A stretch of 63,485 bases of DNA, counting the filler, from Choristocarpus tenellus KU-1152 (lineage: Eukaryota > Protista > Phaeophyceae), in assembly GCA_964200185.2 (NCBI GenBank). It is 13 parts of 13 records of this genome, joined end to end, with 100 filler letters (N's around TTAATTAATTAA, not from the genome) between each part and the next. Parts side by side here need not be neighbours in the genome. Positions count along the whole stretch, not along the records: positions 60,710 to 63,485 come from CAXNAD020024849.1; 12 more parts are not named here. The stretch is one strand, 5' to 3'. Below, one piece after another: positions 63,471 through 63,485 of the stretch. The notes under the pieces were generated by a model. That model was not told the origin of the DNA and did no database searches. It saw only the letters and a list, made by a program, of their open reading frames with translations. The number at the start of each line of letters is the position of its first letter. The stretch's first letter is position 1. Position numbers and translations under genes: made by a program.

Positions 63471-63485
63471 ACCCCCTCCCTTTTT

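Overview
This window is eukaryotic, intron-rich, CpG-poor DNA, and it is not one locus. It is 13 short contigs joined by an artificial 100-nt linker (N44-TTAATTAATTAA-N44). Gene content and architecture suggest a photosynthetic stramenopile such as a brown alga or close relative; this is inference. Splice-consistent gene fragments: a minus-strand gene ending in micro-exons with a possible split PH domain, a cysteine-containing LRR (FBXL-like) protein, an ABCC exon, a class II-type histone deacetylase, a Pmp-like beta-helix protein with one repeat per exon, a large disordered RD/RE-rich protein, MSH5 (8 exons), a SHIPPO/PGP-repeat protein, a TM-RING-H2 E3 ligase and an ABCG transporter. Mobile DNA: a decayed Copia with an internal fold-back palindrome, a DD39D-type mariner remnant, a CRE-like LINE RT, a tyrosine-recombinase (Ngaro/DIRS) retroelement, a probable Gypsy relic, and two sister MITE families. 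The MITEs share GA(G/C)YCAAAGTATCT termini, and family 1 has 3-4 bp TSDs (Sola2-like). Most notable: the dense MITE pair, two cases of tandemly duplicated symmetric phase-1 exons that appear to be gained and lost, a CpG-decay signature implying cytosine methylation, and the snap-back in the Copia gag. All translations and alignments were done by eye; no database search was run.
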